A stretch of DNA of 64,000 nucleotides from an uncultured Chthonomonadaceae bacterium (GTDB lineage Bacteria > Armatimonadota > Chthonomonadetes > Chthonomonadales > Chthonomonadaceae): the NCBI GenBank assembly GCA_963835065.1, contig CAWIEK010000003.1, forward strand, positions 163,449 to 227,448. The letters are read 5' to 3'. Position 1 is the stretch's first letter. Every line of letters starts with the position of its first letter. Positions 1 to 10,442 of the stretch are shown piece by piece. The notes below the pieces were generated by a model. It worked only from the letters and a program-made list of their open reading frames with translations. It was not told where the DNA came from and made no database searches. Made by a program: the position numbers and the translations under genes.

Positions 1-2571
1 CAAGCCCTGACGGGCATCGTTGGCGCATGGGCCGTTGGGAGAAAGCCGCAGCGTGGTCTGCCATTCGGCGCGCGCCTCCTCCTTTTGCCCCATCTTGTAC
101 AGCGCTTCCGCCAGGTTGAGGTGGGGCGTCGGGTCATTCGGAACGAGCCGGAGCGCGATGCGGCACTGTTCGGCGGAAAGTTCCTGTTGATTCAACTCGC
201 CGTAAGCGTAACTCAGGGACACATGCGCGGCTTCATCGTAAGGGTTGAGTTGGAGCGCCTTCAGCCCCGCCGCGATGGACGGCTTGAACTGCTTCATTTC
301 CGCAAGCACTCCACACAACAGCGAGTACCCCTCAGCGGACATCGGACTGAGCGCAATCGCGCTTTTCAGTTCTTTAGCGGATTCGGGAAAGCGCTTCGCT
401 TCCAGCATGATTTTTGCCAGCCCGAAATGGACGTTTGCCTCATCGAGATCGGTCAAAGGATAGGCAAGGGTTTGGCGTAACTGCTTTTCCGCTTCCGCCA
501 TCTGCCGGTCTTCCTTGAGCGCCCACCCCAGGCGCAAATGCGCGTGTCCCCAATTGGGAGCCAGGCGCAAGGCTTCCTGATACTCCTTGACGCCATCGCG
601 GTAGCGGCCCCGGCGAACCAGATGCTCGGCCAGATCGAAATGGGCGGGGGCATCGTTGGGACGGAGGGCGACAACCGTTTTGTATTCGCCCGTCGCCAGC
701 GCGTCCAGATGGAGCGCTTCATAGCAGGCGGCGAGATCGAAATGCGCCTGCGCGTTGTTGGGTTCGCGCGCAACCGTCGCCTGCTCCTCGTCTTTCATTC
801 GGGCGTACATGGTGGCGGCCTGCGATTGACAGCCCGCCTCCTTCAAATCCCAGGCGATGCGGCGGCGGGCGGCCATTGTTTTCAAGGGCGCGTCCACGGC
901 AATGTCGGCCACTTTTTGCAGATCGGACGGACTGCCGCCCCACTTTTCCTGAAACATTTGCAGGCCCCAGGCGTGTACATCCGGGTCGGACTTGTCCAAT
1001 TCTACCGCTTTCCAGTAACATTCTTCCGCCCACATCTTGCCGCCGGAAAAGGTTCCGGCTTCTGCCGCCGCAAGCCACGCGGCTCCGTTTTGCGGGTCTA
1101 CTTCCGTTGCTTTTCGCGCCGCCTGCGCCTGCGCGACGTACAAACCGTTCAGCTGCCGCCATTCCGATTCGGCCAGTTGCCTTGCCCCGCGCCCGTAGCG
1201 AATGTCGTTGGCGATATGCGCAAGCGTGGTCGCCTGTCCCAGCCAGGCATTTACATTATGCGGCGAAACGCGGGTAGCCCGCGTAATGGCGCTGTATTCC
1301 GTTCGTCTGTCGCCCACAACCCGCGCAAGCCGCGCGCTCGCGCCCATGGCAAGGTAATTGTTCGGATAGCGCTCCGCATTGCGGGAAACGGCTTTGGCAA
1401 TTTCCCGCGGCATCAACTGTGCCACAATCGCAAGTTCCGACAGCGCAATGCCGTTGTCTTTACCCTGCTGAAGCAGCGTTTGCGCGATCTGCCTTGCCGC
1501 GTTCGTATCCTCCATGAAGTGATTGGTAAGCAGCAGGATGATTCCCGCCGGAGCCAGGCGGGGCGCAAGGTCGCGCGCTGTTTGCGTTTGCTGCGGCGTC
1601 AGGCCGTCCTCGCCCGTCCACGGCAATCCGCCCAACGCCGCCAGGTCATTACCATTTGCGCCAATGGCAGACAAATTCGCCGGATTATGAACGCCCACAG
1701 CCTGCGCGATCTGCCGGCCCAACTGCGGCAATCCGGCGGCAATCTGATCCTGCGTACCGGACAGCGTGAGCGGACTGCCGACAGGCTTGCCGTCAGGAAC
1801 CGAGAAAACTTGATAGGTGAGAACGCAATGGGAAGCATCGCCCGTGATTTGCCCCGAAGCCGCATGCGTTACGCCCAAAATGTTGTACAAAGCGGGCGCA
1901 TCGGCAGGCGAAATCTGATAATTAGCGCGTTTGGCGCGCGTTTCAAATCGAGTAGCGCTGAACCATGTGGGAGTACGGCCCATTTCCGGCAGCCCGCCCA
2001 CCGCATAGTTCAGCCACCGGGCGCAGCCGGCTCCAAACGCCGTTAGTGGCGCATCATTGCCATCCGGCTTCGGTTCGCCGATAGTAATTCCCGGTTCCAG
2101 CGCGACAGGGGCTTTGGGATCAATTTTGGGCATTGGAAGCGATTTCAGGCTGACAGGAGGAATTGCTTTTGGAGCGGCAGCCGAAGACAATGGTTTTGCA
2201 GCGCCGGCAGCGTGGCTACTTTGCGCGGAAACAGGCGGAGCCTCATTATCGTCCGCGCCATGCTGCAAGGGCGGGGCATTAGTGACTACACCCGCTGCCT
2301 CCTTGTTGTCGGCAAGGGAAGAATTCGCGGGCAAAGCAGCGTTCGGCGCATTGCCTTTCGCTGCCGCGCCAGTCTGCGGTGAGGAACTCCCGGCGATATT
2401 TTGATGCGGCAATTGAATAGGCTTGGAAAAATCGTCTTCGCTATTGTTATGGCAGCCGGCAATCGCTAACCCACAGGCGAGACTCAACGCCGTAAACCCG
2501 ATTTTCTTCCATGAATAAGAACCTGAATAAGAACCGGCTGTCGGCAGGAAACGAGAAGAACCTACGCGCAT
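1..2571 (-). CDS. TPR-repeat lipoprotein, runs off the left edge (not in the ORF track because it has no stop in the window)
   Basis: Manual translation: ATG at 2571 after GGAGG; MRVGSS...ALSLACGLAIAGC lipobox; Pro/Ala-rich linker; many TPRs (e.g. PNDAPAHFDLAEHL, PNDPTPHLNLAEALYKMGQKEEARAEW). Confidence 0.85.
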   Translation of the reverse strand, partial: MRVGSSRFLPTAGSYSGSYSWKKIGFTALSLACGLAIAGCHNNSEDDFSKPIQLPHQNIAGSSSPQTGAAAKGNAPNAALPANSSLADNKEAAGVVTNAPPLQHGADDNEAPPVSAQSSHAAGAAKPLSSAAAPKAIPPVSLKSLPMPKIDPKAPVALEPGITIGEPKPDGNDAPLTAFGAGCARWLNYAVGGLPEMGRTPTWFSATRFETRAKRANYQISPADAPALYNILGVTHAASGQITGDASHCVLTYQVFSVPDGKPVGSPLTLSGTQDQIAAGLPQLGRQIAQAVGVHNPANLSAIGANGNDLAALGGLPWTGEDGLTPQQTQTARDLAPRLAPAGIILLLTNHFMEDTNAARQIAQTLLQQGKDNGIALSELAIVAQLMPREIAKAVSRNAERYPNNYLAMGASARLARVVGDRRTEYSAITRATRVSPHNVNAWLGQATTLAHIANDIRYGRGARQLAESEWRQLNGLYVAQAQAARKATEVDPQNGAAWLAAAEAGTFSGGKMWAEECYWKAVELDKSDPDVHAWGLQMFQEKWGGSPSDLQKVADIAVDAPLKTMAARRRIAWDLKEAGCQSQAATMYARMKDEEQATVAREPNNAQAHFDLAACYEALHLDALATGEYKTVVALRPNDAPAHFDLAEHLVRRGRYRDGVKEYQEALRLAPNWGHAHLRLGWALKEDRQMAEAEKQLRQTLAYPLTDLDEANVHFGLAKIMLEAKRFPESAKELKSAIALSPMSAEGYSLLCGVLAEMKQFKPSIAAGLKALQLNPYDEAAHVSLSYAYGELNQQELSAEQCRIALRLVPNDPTPHLNLAEALYKMGQKEEARAEWQTTLRLSPNGPCANDARQGL

Positions 2572-2610
2572 GTAAATTGTCCTCCGAGCGTATCATAAAG
2601 CATGTTTGTA

Positions 2611-3955
2611 TCAGGGTTTGGCAGGAGCGGGGTGGTCTTGCATTTTTTGCAGCCCGGTTTTCACGCCGTCGAGCAGGGTTGGGCCGAACTGGTCGCCGTA
2701 AAACGACATGACCGCCTCGTATTTGCCCGCTTTGTATTGGGGCGGCGTCAGGGCGTAGGCGAGCCAATCATTGACAAGCGCGACAACAGCAGGCGTTTTG
2801 TAACCGGCCTGCCGCGCCATTGCTTTCGCCGCCAGCCCCACATCGCCCGTTGGTTCGCAGGGAAAGCCTATCAGCAGCAGGTCGCCCACGCGCACAAAAT
2901 TGATCTGCGTTTCCGTCGGCATCAGGGCGTTGACAAGGTCTTTGGACTGCGATATGGACGCGCCCATTTGCGCGGCTGCGAGGAAAAACAGGGCGTTGGG
3001 CTTGCGCGGCGGCAGGGCAACGGTCTGCGTCCACATCGCAAGCGGCATTTCCCCGGCTGTGGCTGCGCCCGCCAATTGCTCCAAAACGCGCTTGCCCATC
3101 CGATGCCCATAGGTGGACACTTTGGCGTCACCCGATGCGACATCATCAACCCCGTTGGGCGAAGCGTCTCCTTCCGCGCCGTTGAGGAACAGGCACACGC
3201 CCGCGCCGTTCGCTTCCCCTTTCGCGCCCGCGCTTTCCACATCCCCGGTCATCACGCCCGGCCAGTCGGCGGATATGTCCATCATTTTATCATCGTACAG
3301 CGTGGGATGCGCGGCGAAGTTGACGATTGCCGCCAGAGGCTTACCATCGGAGATTTGCGTCACTTTCAAGACGGTCAAAGCGGGGTCAACAGTCGGGTCG
3401 CCCCGCCGGTTGCGGTTGGCTCCCGTCGCGTCCTCCGTCTTCACGCCCACAGAAACCGGAACCATACCCTTGACAGCCTGGGCGATGACTTTTGCGATTT
3501 GCGCGGCGGTGAAGTCCAGCAGTTTGGCGTCGAACGGCGTCCAGCCTTTCAGGTTGGTAAACGTGTTGCCCGTGTGCATGGCAAGTGGGTCAGGCGCGGT
3601 ATGCGTGTGCGTTGCCGCCAGAAACAAATGCGCGGCGTCAACGCTCGTTTCCCCGTCCATTTTCAAGTGTTTCAGCGTTTCCGTTTTCACGCTTGCCGGC
3701 ACAAAGCACAAATCCAGCGATACGACAACAACGGTCGCCTTGCCGTCCGAAAGCGCCAATGCCCGCGCATACACCGGGATCATGCACCCCCGTTGCCCGC
3801 GCCGCTTTCCGCGCCGCATACCCGCCGAGTGGAACCGCGTTCGCCTTCACGTCCGGTGTAATGTCCACCTTCGCCGCCCCGCCCCTGAGTTCCGCCCGCG
3901 CCGTGAGGGCAGAGAACACTATCACCACAGAGACACAGAGACACAGAGGGGTCAC
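2611..3955 (-). CDS. Neutral/alkaline ceramidase-like secreted hydrolase, split by a +1 frameshift at about 3776
   Basis: ORF 3638-3955 gives GAAKVDITP..PLGGYAAR..GVHDP; ORF 2611-3819 continues VYARALALSDG..ATHTHTAP..NFAAHPT..FLNGAEGD. Removing one base joins them. Start codon uncertain. Confidence 0.75.
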
Positions 3956-4104
3956 AGAGAGAATACGAGAGGAATCAAAACCAAGCGAAAAAGCCCGGTT
4001 TGTATTGATGTGATTTATTCCCTTTCGTTGTCGCGTTCCCCTCTCTCTCCCCTCTCCCCCGTTTTTCTCTGTGAATCCTCTGTGTCTCTGTGTCTCTGTG
4101 GTGA
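3922..4104. repeat. Fold-back element, (CACAGAGA)n arms
   Basis: 39-bp inverted arms at 3922-3960 and 4066-4104 with 2 mismatches. Confidence 0.9.
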
Positions 4105-4153
4105 AAGTTGTCTTGCATAGTTTTGTTACTCTTCTCGCATGATGTGCAGTTTT

Positions 4154-5161
4154 TTAGCCGACAGTCACTGTTAGCCCTGCTTGCGGCTTGGGAACCAGCA
4201 GGCGTTCCGCGCCCGCTGCGGTCAGGGCCGCGCCGACGGTTTGCGGATCGTGGGTCAGGGCGAGAATGGTTCCGCCGCCGCCTGCGCCTGCCAGTTTCGC
4301 GCCATACGCGCCGGCTGCGCGGGCCGTATTGATAAGATGCTCGTTAGCCGGGCCGGAGCCGCCGAGCGCGGCGACAAGGGCGTGATTTTCATTCATCAAT
4401 GCGCCCAAATCCTGCCAGCGCTGTTCGACAAGGGCGCGTTTGCCCAATCGCGCCAGTTGCGCAATGCGAACGTAACTGTCGCGCACAAGGGTTTCGCCGG
4501 CCAGCCAGCGTTCGCGGGGCGATTTATGGACGGTTCCCGAATGGTGCTGTATGCCCGTGTGCGCAAGAAGCAACGGAGGCGCGTTCAATGCTTCGCCCAT
4601 CCAGAGCGACAGCGGTTCTACGGTGACAAGCGGTTCCTCGTCGCGCTGTTCCAGTTGTTCCTTGCCCGCGCAGTCCATGAAATTCAGGCCACCGAAAACC
4701 GCCATGTGCTGATCCTGCAAGCCGCACACGATGCCCATAACGCGCGATTCGATTTTGCGGGTGGTTTCCGCAAGCGCGTAGCGGTTCAGGTTCAATTGTA
4801 AATACGCATCAAGCGCGCCCACAATCGCCGCCAGCATTGCGGTAGAACCGGCTAATCCCGCCCGCATGGGAATATCGGTTTTCAAATGCAGATGAAAACG
4901 CTGCTGCTGCGGGTCAATCTGAAAGTACGTGAGCGCGGCGCGGGCAATGTCGAGTTTGTCGCCCTGCGCGGCAAAATCCGCCTGTGTTCGTACAATGGCC
5001 TGCTCATCTTCATTGGTCAGAACAAGAGTGTCCGCAGAGGGCGCTAACCGGCACTCCGCCCGCTCCTGCGTAGTGCAGGAAACAACGCAACCCCCGTACA
5101 TATCGGTCGGATTGCCGATCAGCCCACACCGCCCCGGCGCAGTAGCTATGATTTCCGTCAC
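4154..5161 (-). CDS. GHMP-family sugar kinase
   Basis: APGRCGLIGNPTD N-terminus, PMRAGLAGSTA ATP loop, GAKLAGAGGGG motif; AGGAG before GTG. Confidence 0.85.
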   Translation of the reverse strand: MTEIIATAPGRCGLIGNPTDMYGGCVVSCTTQERAECRLAPSADTLVLTNEDEQAIVRTQADFAAQGDKLDIARAALTYFQIDPQQQRFHLHLKTDIPMRAGLAGSTAMLAAIVGALDAYLQLNLNRYALAETTRKIESRVMGIVCGLQDQHMAVFGGLNFMDCAGKEQLEQRDEEPLVTVEPLSLWMGEALNAPPLLLAHTGIQHHSGTVHKSPRERWLAGETLVRDSYVRIAQLARLGKRALVEQRWQDLGALMNENHALVAALGGSGPANEHLINTARAAGAYGAKLAGAGGGGTILALTHDPQTVGAALTAAGAERLLVPKPQAGLTVTVG

Positions 5162-5182
5162 CCGTTGCTCTCCTTACATGCT

Positions 5183-5426
5183 GGTGTTCAGGTATTCGGT
5201 GTTCAGGTGTTGGGTATTGGGCTTCTGTCTTCTGTCTTTTGTCTTATCCCTTACCACTTACCTCTTCATCACTAATTTCGCCAAAACACTGCCGGGTTCC
5301 TACGGGTTTTCATTTCTTTATGCTACAATAACACAACAAGGAATAAGGGATAAGTAGGCATCAGGCATCAGGCATCAGCCGAACACCGAATACCTGAATA
5401 CCTGAATACCGCACACCTGAACACCG
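5183..5426. repeat. Composite fold-back element with (CTGAAYAC)n arms and nested (TCTGTCT)n, CTTATCCCTTA/TAAGGGATAAG and (GGCATCA)3, in a divergent promoter region
   Basis: Arms at 5183-5212 and 5379-5426, each ending next to the RBS of one divergent gene. Confidence 0.8.
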
Positions 5427-5442
5427 AAAGGAATTGACTTAA

Positions 5443-5877
5443 ATGGCGAACCGAACAGCCGTACTGGATACCAACAAAGGCGTAATTCGCTTTGAATTGT
5501 TTGAAGACCTTGCCCCAATTACCACGCAGAACTTCATTGACCTGGCGCAGTCGGGATTTTACACCGGCCTGACGTTTCACCGCTACGAACCTGGCTTTGT
5601 GATTCAGGGCGGCGACCCGACCGGAACCGGCACGGGAAGCTCCAAGCGCACCATCCCGCTGGAAGTCTCGCCCAAACTGAAACACGACGACGCGGGCGCG
5701 GTGGCGATGGCGCGCTCGTCCGACCCCGACAGCGCTTCCTGCCAATTCTACATTACCCTGAAGGCCACGCCGTTTCTGGACGGTAATTATGCCGTGTTCG
5801 GCAAAGTGACCGAAGGACTGGAAGCCGCCCTCGCCCTGCGCAAAGGCGATACCATGAATACGGTTACGATTGAATAG
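5443..5877 (+). CDS. Cyclophilin-type peptidyl-prolyl isomerase
   Basis: [54 protein letters not shown]. Confidence 0.95.
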   Translation: MANRTAVLDTNKGVIRFELFEDLAPITTQNFIDLAQSGFYTGLTFHRYEPGFVIQGGDPTGTGTGSSKRTIPLEVSPKLKHDDAGAVAMARSSDPDSASCQFYITLKATPFLDGNYAVFGKVTEGLEAALALRKGDTMNTVTIE

Positions 5878-5967
5878 GTGTTCAGGTGTTCGGGTATTCG
5901 GGTGAGAAGTGTTCTCTTGAAAGCTGCATTACCCGAATACCTGAACACCTGAATACCTGAATACCTG
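5875..5967. repeat. Fold-back element, (CTGAAYAC)n arms
   Basis: Left arm starts at the TAG stop (5875-5903); right arm 5931-5967 ends just before AAGGAGG. Confidence 0.85.
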
Positions 5968-5987
5968 CACTTATAAGGAGGCACTCT

Positions 5988-7367
5988 TTGGAACCACTGG
6001 AACCGGGCGATAAGTCGGACGCGCAAATGGACGCGAACCCGTCTGCTGCCGAACTGTCACGGCGTGACTTTGTAAAGAAGTCCGCCCTTTCCGCCGCCAT
6101 TATCGGGATGCCGACGGTTATTCCGAACCACGTTCTGGCCGCGCCCGGACGCCCCGGCGCGAATGACCGCATTATCTATGGGCATATCGGCGTGGGCGGC
6201 ATGGGGCAGTCGCATGTCGTGGCCGATTCCGCCGCGTTCATCTGCGACGTGAACCGGGGTCGCGCCCAATCCATCGCCGCTAAGTGCAGCAGCAATCCCA
6301 AAGTGACGCAGGATTACCGGGAAGTGCTGGACAGCAAGGACGTGGACGCCGTGACCATCGGCACACCCGACCACTGGCACGCCATTATGACCGTTGATGC
6401 GTGTCAGGCTGGCAAGGATGTGTACTCGGAAAAGCCTGTTTGTAAAACCATTCAGGAAGCCCACGCGATGGAGAACGCTACCAAACAGTACAAGCGCGTG
6501 GTGCAGATCGGAGCGCAGGGGCGCTCCAACCGCAACGCCTGGTACGCGGCGCAGTTTATCCGCAACGGACAAATCGGCAAAGTGAACCACGTCAAAATCT
6601 GGCATCCGGTCAACATGCGCAGCGATATGAACGGCGGCTGGGGGCAGGAAATGGCTCCCCCGGCTGATCTCGATTGGAATATGTGGCTTGGCCCGGCCCG
6701 CTGGCGTCCCTACAACCCCGCGTATGTAGATTTCCACTTTCGCTGGATGATGGACTTCGGCGCGGGCTTCATTCGTGACCGGGGTAATCACGCTCTGAGT
6801 ATCGTCAGTTGGTGCATGGGCGCGGATCAAACCGGCCCGGTCAGCGTGGAAGCGACGGGAACGCCGTCCCTTGACAGCGTGTACGACGCGCCGCCACAAT
6901 TAAACGTCAAGTGGGAATTCAAAAACCCCGATTGGACGCTGACGTGGGGACAGCCCGGCGAACCCGAAGCGTTCCCCGGCCTGGATGATAAAATCGAATG
7001 GGGCGCAAAATACTATGGCGACCGCGATACCCTGATTGTGGAGGGCGGCGACGGCGGCTGCAACACGGAGCAGAAGGCCAAGCAGTACAAGCCCGATTCC
7101 AGCGGCGTTCATCTGTTCCTTGACCCCGCGGAAGTGGACCCGACCGAGCGCCACCGCCAGAACTGGCGCAAGTGCATCAAAACGCGCGAACAGCCCGTGA
7201 TGAATACCACTGTCGGCAGGCACGTTATTGTCCTGCCTATCATCGCCAACATTTCCTACCTGCTGAACCGCAAGCTGAACTGGGACCCGGTCAACTTCCG
7301 CTTCATCGGCGACGAAGAAGCCAATCGCTATCTCGCGCAGCCGTATCGCGCGCCCTTCCATCTGTAA
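5988..7367 (+). CDS. Tat-exported Gfo/Idh/MocA oxidoreductase
   Basis: SRRDFVK Tat motif, IGVGGMG, TPDHWH, GKDVYSEKP. Confidence 0.9.
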   Translation: MEPLEPGDKSDAQMDANPSAAELSRRDFVKKSALSAAIIGMPTVIPNHVLAAPGRPGANDRIIYGHIGVGGMGQSHVVADSAAFICDVNRGRAQSIAAKCSSNPKVTQDYREVLDSKDVDAVTIGTPDHWHAIMTVDACQAGKDVYSEKPVCKTIQEAHAMENATKQYKRVVQIGAQGRSNRNAWYAAQFIRNGQIGKVNHVKIWHPVNMRSDMNGGWGQEMAPPADLDWNMWLGPARWRPYNPAYVDFHFRWMMDFGAGFIRDRGNHALSIVSWCMGADQTGPVSVEATGTPSLDSVYDAPPQLNVKWEFKNPDWTLTWGQPGEPEAFPGLDDKIEWGAKYYGDRDTLIVEGGDGGCNTEQKAKQYKPDSSGVHLFLDPAEVDPTERHRQNWRKCIKTREQPVMNTTVGRHVIVLPIIANISYLLNRKLNWDPVNFRFIGDEEANRYLAQPYRAPFHL

Positions 7368-7401
7368 GAACGAGAGGGAGCCGCGAATTCTAAAATACTG
7401 C

Positions 7402-7501
7402 TTACCACGGATGAAACGGATGAAACGGATACACACGGATGGAGAAAAACATTTTCGGTATAATCCGTGTTCATCTGTTTCATCCGTTTCATCCGTGGTA
7501 A
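7402..7501. repeat. Fold-back element, (ACGGATGAA)n arms
   Basis: 39-bp inverted arms at 7402-7440 and 7463-7501 with 3 mismatches. Confidence 0.9.
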
Positions 7502-7556
7502 AGCCCCGCTCCCTGTTTGCGCAAATTTGTGGTTTCCTGGAATATGGAGGTTTGAC

Positions 7557-8087
7557 GTGTTTATTGACGCAAAAGATTTGCTGGATCAACTGCAATCGCC
7601 GGACGCGAGTGTACGCCTGAAGGCGTGTCAGAGCGCGGGGCCGGCGGGCGCGGGCGCAATCCCCGGATTGGCCGACCTGATGGCATCGCCGGACAAGAGC
7701 GTTGCCAAAGGCGCAAAGGTTTCGATGCAAACCATTGCGCATTATTCCGCGCGTCCCGGCGCGGGCAAGGAAGCGCAGGCCGTGACGACAGCCTTGCTGA
7801 AAGTGGCGGACTCGACGCGCCCGCGCATGATACGGGCGGACGCGCTGAACCTTGTCGGCGTGGTGGGCGATGGCCGCGCCGTGCCGACGCTGACCAAGCT
7901 GCTTTCCGATAAGGAAGTTCGGGAAGATGCGCGGATGGCCTTGGAGCGCATCCCCGGCAGCGCGTCCCTGAATGCCCTGAAGAAAGCGATGGCAAGCGCG
8001 CCGGACGATTACAAGGCCAGTCTCAAACAATCCATACAGGCGCGAAGCGTATCACCGCAAAACGTCGGATTGGCGATGGCGCGTTAA
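7557..8087 (+). CDS. HEAT/PBS-lyase repeat protein
   Basis: GGAGG then GTG at 7557; repeats such as AVPTLTKLLSDKEVREDARMALERI. Confidence 0.8.
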   Translation: MFIDAKDLLDQLQSPDASVRLKACQSAGPAGAGAIPGLADLMASPDKSVAKGAKVSMQTIAHYSARPGAGKEAQAVTTALLKVADSTRPRMIRADALNLVGVVGDGRAVPTLTKLLSDKEVREDARMALERIPGSASLNALKKAMASAPDDYKASLKQSIQARSVSPQNVGLAMAR

Positions 8088-8118
8088 TTTTCCTCACCAA
8101 GCGTCCATAAGCGAACAT

Positions 8119-8158
8119 GCCCCTCTCCTGGCCGCTCCTGCGCTGCTAAGAGAGGGGC
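8119..8158. repeat. REP-like hairpin CCCCTCTCC...GAGAGGGG
   Basis: Shares CCCCTCTCCTGGCCGCTC with 16261-16278; related hairpin at 33503-33549. Confidence 0.7.
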
Positions 8159-8260
8159 TTTGCTTTCGTAATAAGCCCTTACAGGGCAAAGGTAGCCGTA
8201 AGCCGGATGAGGGCAGAAGCTCCCGTCACGCATGGTATAATATTCTGAGCAAACTTGACA

Positions 8261-9514
8261 ATGAAGCCTACACAACCTATCACTATCGCTGTTCAACCGC
8301 CCTCCTCCTCACCTGCCTGGCCGGATTTTCAATTCTCCGTTACCCATGCAAGCGTGGAACTGGGCGTTTGGGGCCGGCGCGGAACCTTGCAGTTACCCCA
8401 TGCCACGCTGGAAACGCCCGTTTTCATGCCGGTTGGGACGCAGGCGACCGTGAAGGCGATGACCCCAACGGAATTGCGCGAAATCGGCTTTGCTCTCATT
8501 TTAGGCAACACGTACCATTTGCACCTGCGTCCGGGAGAAAAACTGATTGCGCGGGCGGGCGGGCTGCATCAATTTCAGGGCTGGCCGGGGGCGCTGCTGA
8601 CGGATAGTGGCGGCTTTCAAGTGTTCAGCCTGTCGGGACTGCGGCGGATTGGCGAGGATGGCGTACAGTTCCAATCGCACCTTGACGGCTCCAAGCACGT
8701 CTTTACCAGTGAAAGCGTGATGCAGATCGAGCGGGATTTGGGCGCGGATATTATCATGGCCTTCGATGAGTGCGCCCCGTATCCCTGTACGCCCGACTAT
8801 GCGCGGCAGGCAATGGAACGGACGCACCGTTGGGCGGAACGCTGCATTGCCGATTATAACGCGCATGACAGGCGGGCGACGGGCGGGTGGCCGCAGGCGC
8901 TGTTCGGAATCGTGCAGGGTGGGGTGTTTCCTGAACTGCGAACGGAAAGCGCCCAAACCCTTGTGGCGATGGATTTTCCGGGTTATGCGGTGGGCGGATT
9001 GGCGGTTGGTGAAAGCATGGAGCAGCGCAACGAAACGATTGCCAATGTCACGCCCCTGCTGCCGCGTGACAAGCCCCGCTACTTGATGGGAGTGGGTACG
9101 CCCGTTGACATTCTCGACGCCGTGCAGCGCGGTATAGATATGTTCGACTGCGTACTGCCCACGCGCAACGCCCGCAACGCGCAAGTCTTCACAAGCCGGG
9201 GCGTCCTGAACCTGCGCAACGCCAAATACGCGGACGACTTTACGCCCATAGACCCGGATTGCTCGTGCGCCGTCTGTCGGCAGCATACCCGCGCCTACGT
9301 TCGCCACCTGTTTCTGGCAAAAGAGATACTCGGCCCGCGCCTGACAACCTATCACAATCTCGCGTTTTACCACCGCCTGATGGCAAACATCCGTAGCGCA
9401 ATCCGAATGGGAGCGTTTCTCGCCTTCCGCCGCGAGTTTCTGAACAACTATCAGGCCAATCCGTCCGATGAAGCGGATACTGCTTCAGCGGAAGCAATAA
9501 ACATTATCGAATAA
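8261..9514 (+). CDS. tgt: Queuine tRNA-ribosyltransferase
   Basis: TPVFMPVGTQATVK, LTDSGGFQVFSL, FGIVQGG, RYLMGVG, DMFDCVLPTRNAR, CxCxxC zinc site; TGGTATAAT upstream. Confidence 0.97.
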   Translation: MKPTQPITIAVQPPSSSPAWPDFQFSVTHASVELGVWGRRGTLQLPHATLETPVFMPVGTQATVKAMTPTELREIGFALILGNTYHLHLRPGEKLIARAGGLHQFQGWPGALLTDSGGFQVFSLSGLRRIGEDGVQFQSHLDGSKHVFTSESVMQIERDLGADIIMAFDECAPYPCTPDYARQAMERTHRWAERCIADYNAHDRRATGGWPQALFGIVQGGVFPELRTESAQTLVAMDFPGYAVGGLAVGESMEQRNETIANVTPLLPRDKPRYLMGVGTPVDILDAVQRGIDMFDCVLPTRNARNAQVFTSRGVLNLRNAKYADDFTPIDPDCSCAVCRQHTRAYVRHLFLAKEILGPRLTTYHNLAFYHRLMANIRSAIRMGAFLAFRREFLNNYQANPSDEADTASAEAINIIE

Positions 9515-9563
9515 CCGGGCAAAACTGTTGTTCCTCACCTGTTCTAATGAAGCGCCAAAGCTC

Positions 9564-9598
9564 ACCCGAACACCTGAACACCGAACACCTGAACACCG
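9564..9598. repeat. Solo (CTGAACAC)n arm immediately before an RBS
   Basis: acccgaacacctgaacaccgaacacctgaacaccg followed by gaggaataaattg. Confidence 0.75.
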
Positions 9599-9614
9599 GC
9601 ATTTGAGGAATAAA

Positions 9615-10442
9615 TTGAACAAATCTACTGATATTATCGCTGAGGATCGCGTGGCTGTCCCTGTAGACCAACTCCACGTCCCGGCCAAGCCCGAAACGGA
9701 GCGCCCGCGCAATGGGCGGCATGAATCCATTCCCGTCAAAGACGCCGCCAACGCGGTACAGGCGGCGGAACAGGCCGCGCCCAAACCTGTTTCTTACAGA
9801 GACGTGCGGAGCAATCCGAAAATCCGCGCTTACATTGAAAAAGCCAACGAGCAGATGCTTGTTATTGGCTACAGCGAACACGGCCTGCGCCATGCCGCCC
9901 TGTCCGCCGCCATTGCCCGCAACATCCTGCTGGAACTCGGCATGGAAGCGCGCGCCACCGAACTGGCCGCTATCGCCGGTTACATGCACGACATCGGTAA
10001 CTGCGTCCACCGCATTTATCACCCGCAAATCGGCGCGACGATGGCAATGCAATTGCTCGACCAGATGGGCATGGACGCCCGCGAAATCGGAACGGTTATC
10101 GGCGCTATCGGCAACCACGAGGAACCCGAAGGCGTTCCCATCAACACCATTGCCGCCGCCGTGATTATCGCCGACAAATCCGACGTGCATTTTACCCGCG
10201 TCCAAAATCCCGACCCCACCACTTACGACATCCATGACCGGGTGAACCACGCCGTGCAGAAATCACACATTATGGTTGACCGCGACGCCAAAATCATCAC
10301 GCTTGACCTCATCATTGACGTGACCGAAGCGACCGTCATGGAATACTTTGAGATATTCGTGATCCGCATGAGGCTGTGCCGCCACTCCGCAGAAAAACTC
10401 GGCTGCAAATTCCGCCTCATCATCAACGGCACGGAACTGTAA
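9615..10442 (+). CDS. HD-domain phosphohydrolase
   Basis: EHGLRHA..YMHDIGN..GNHEE..IADKSD; TTG start after GAGGA is inferred. Confidence 0.85.
   Translation: MNKSTDIIAEDRVAVPVDQLHVPAKPETERPRNGRHESIPVKDAANAVQAAEQAAPKPVSYRDVRSNPKIRAYIEKANEQMLVIGYSEHGLRHAALSAAIARNILLELGMEARATELAAIAGYMHDIGNCVHRIYHPQIGATMAMQLLDQMGMDAREIGTVIGAIGNHEEPEGVPINTIAAAVIIADKSDVHFTRVQNPDPTTYDIHDRVNHAVQKSHIMVDRDAKIITLDLIIDVTEATVMEYFEIFVIRMRLCRHSAEKLGCKFRLIINGTEL

Noticed and set aside
538..2046. 502-aa plus-strand ORF, also 85-480 and 2602-3861
   Set aside because: Antisense shadows of the TPR lipoprotein and ceramidase-like genes; no motifs
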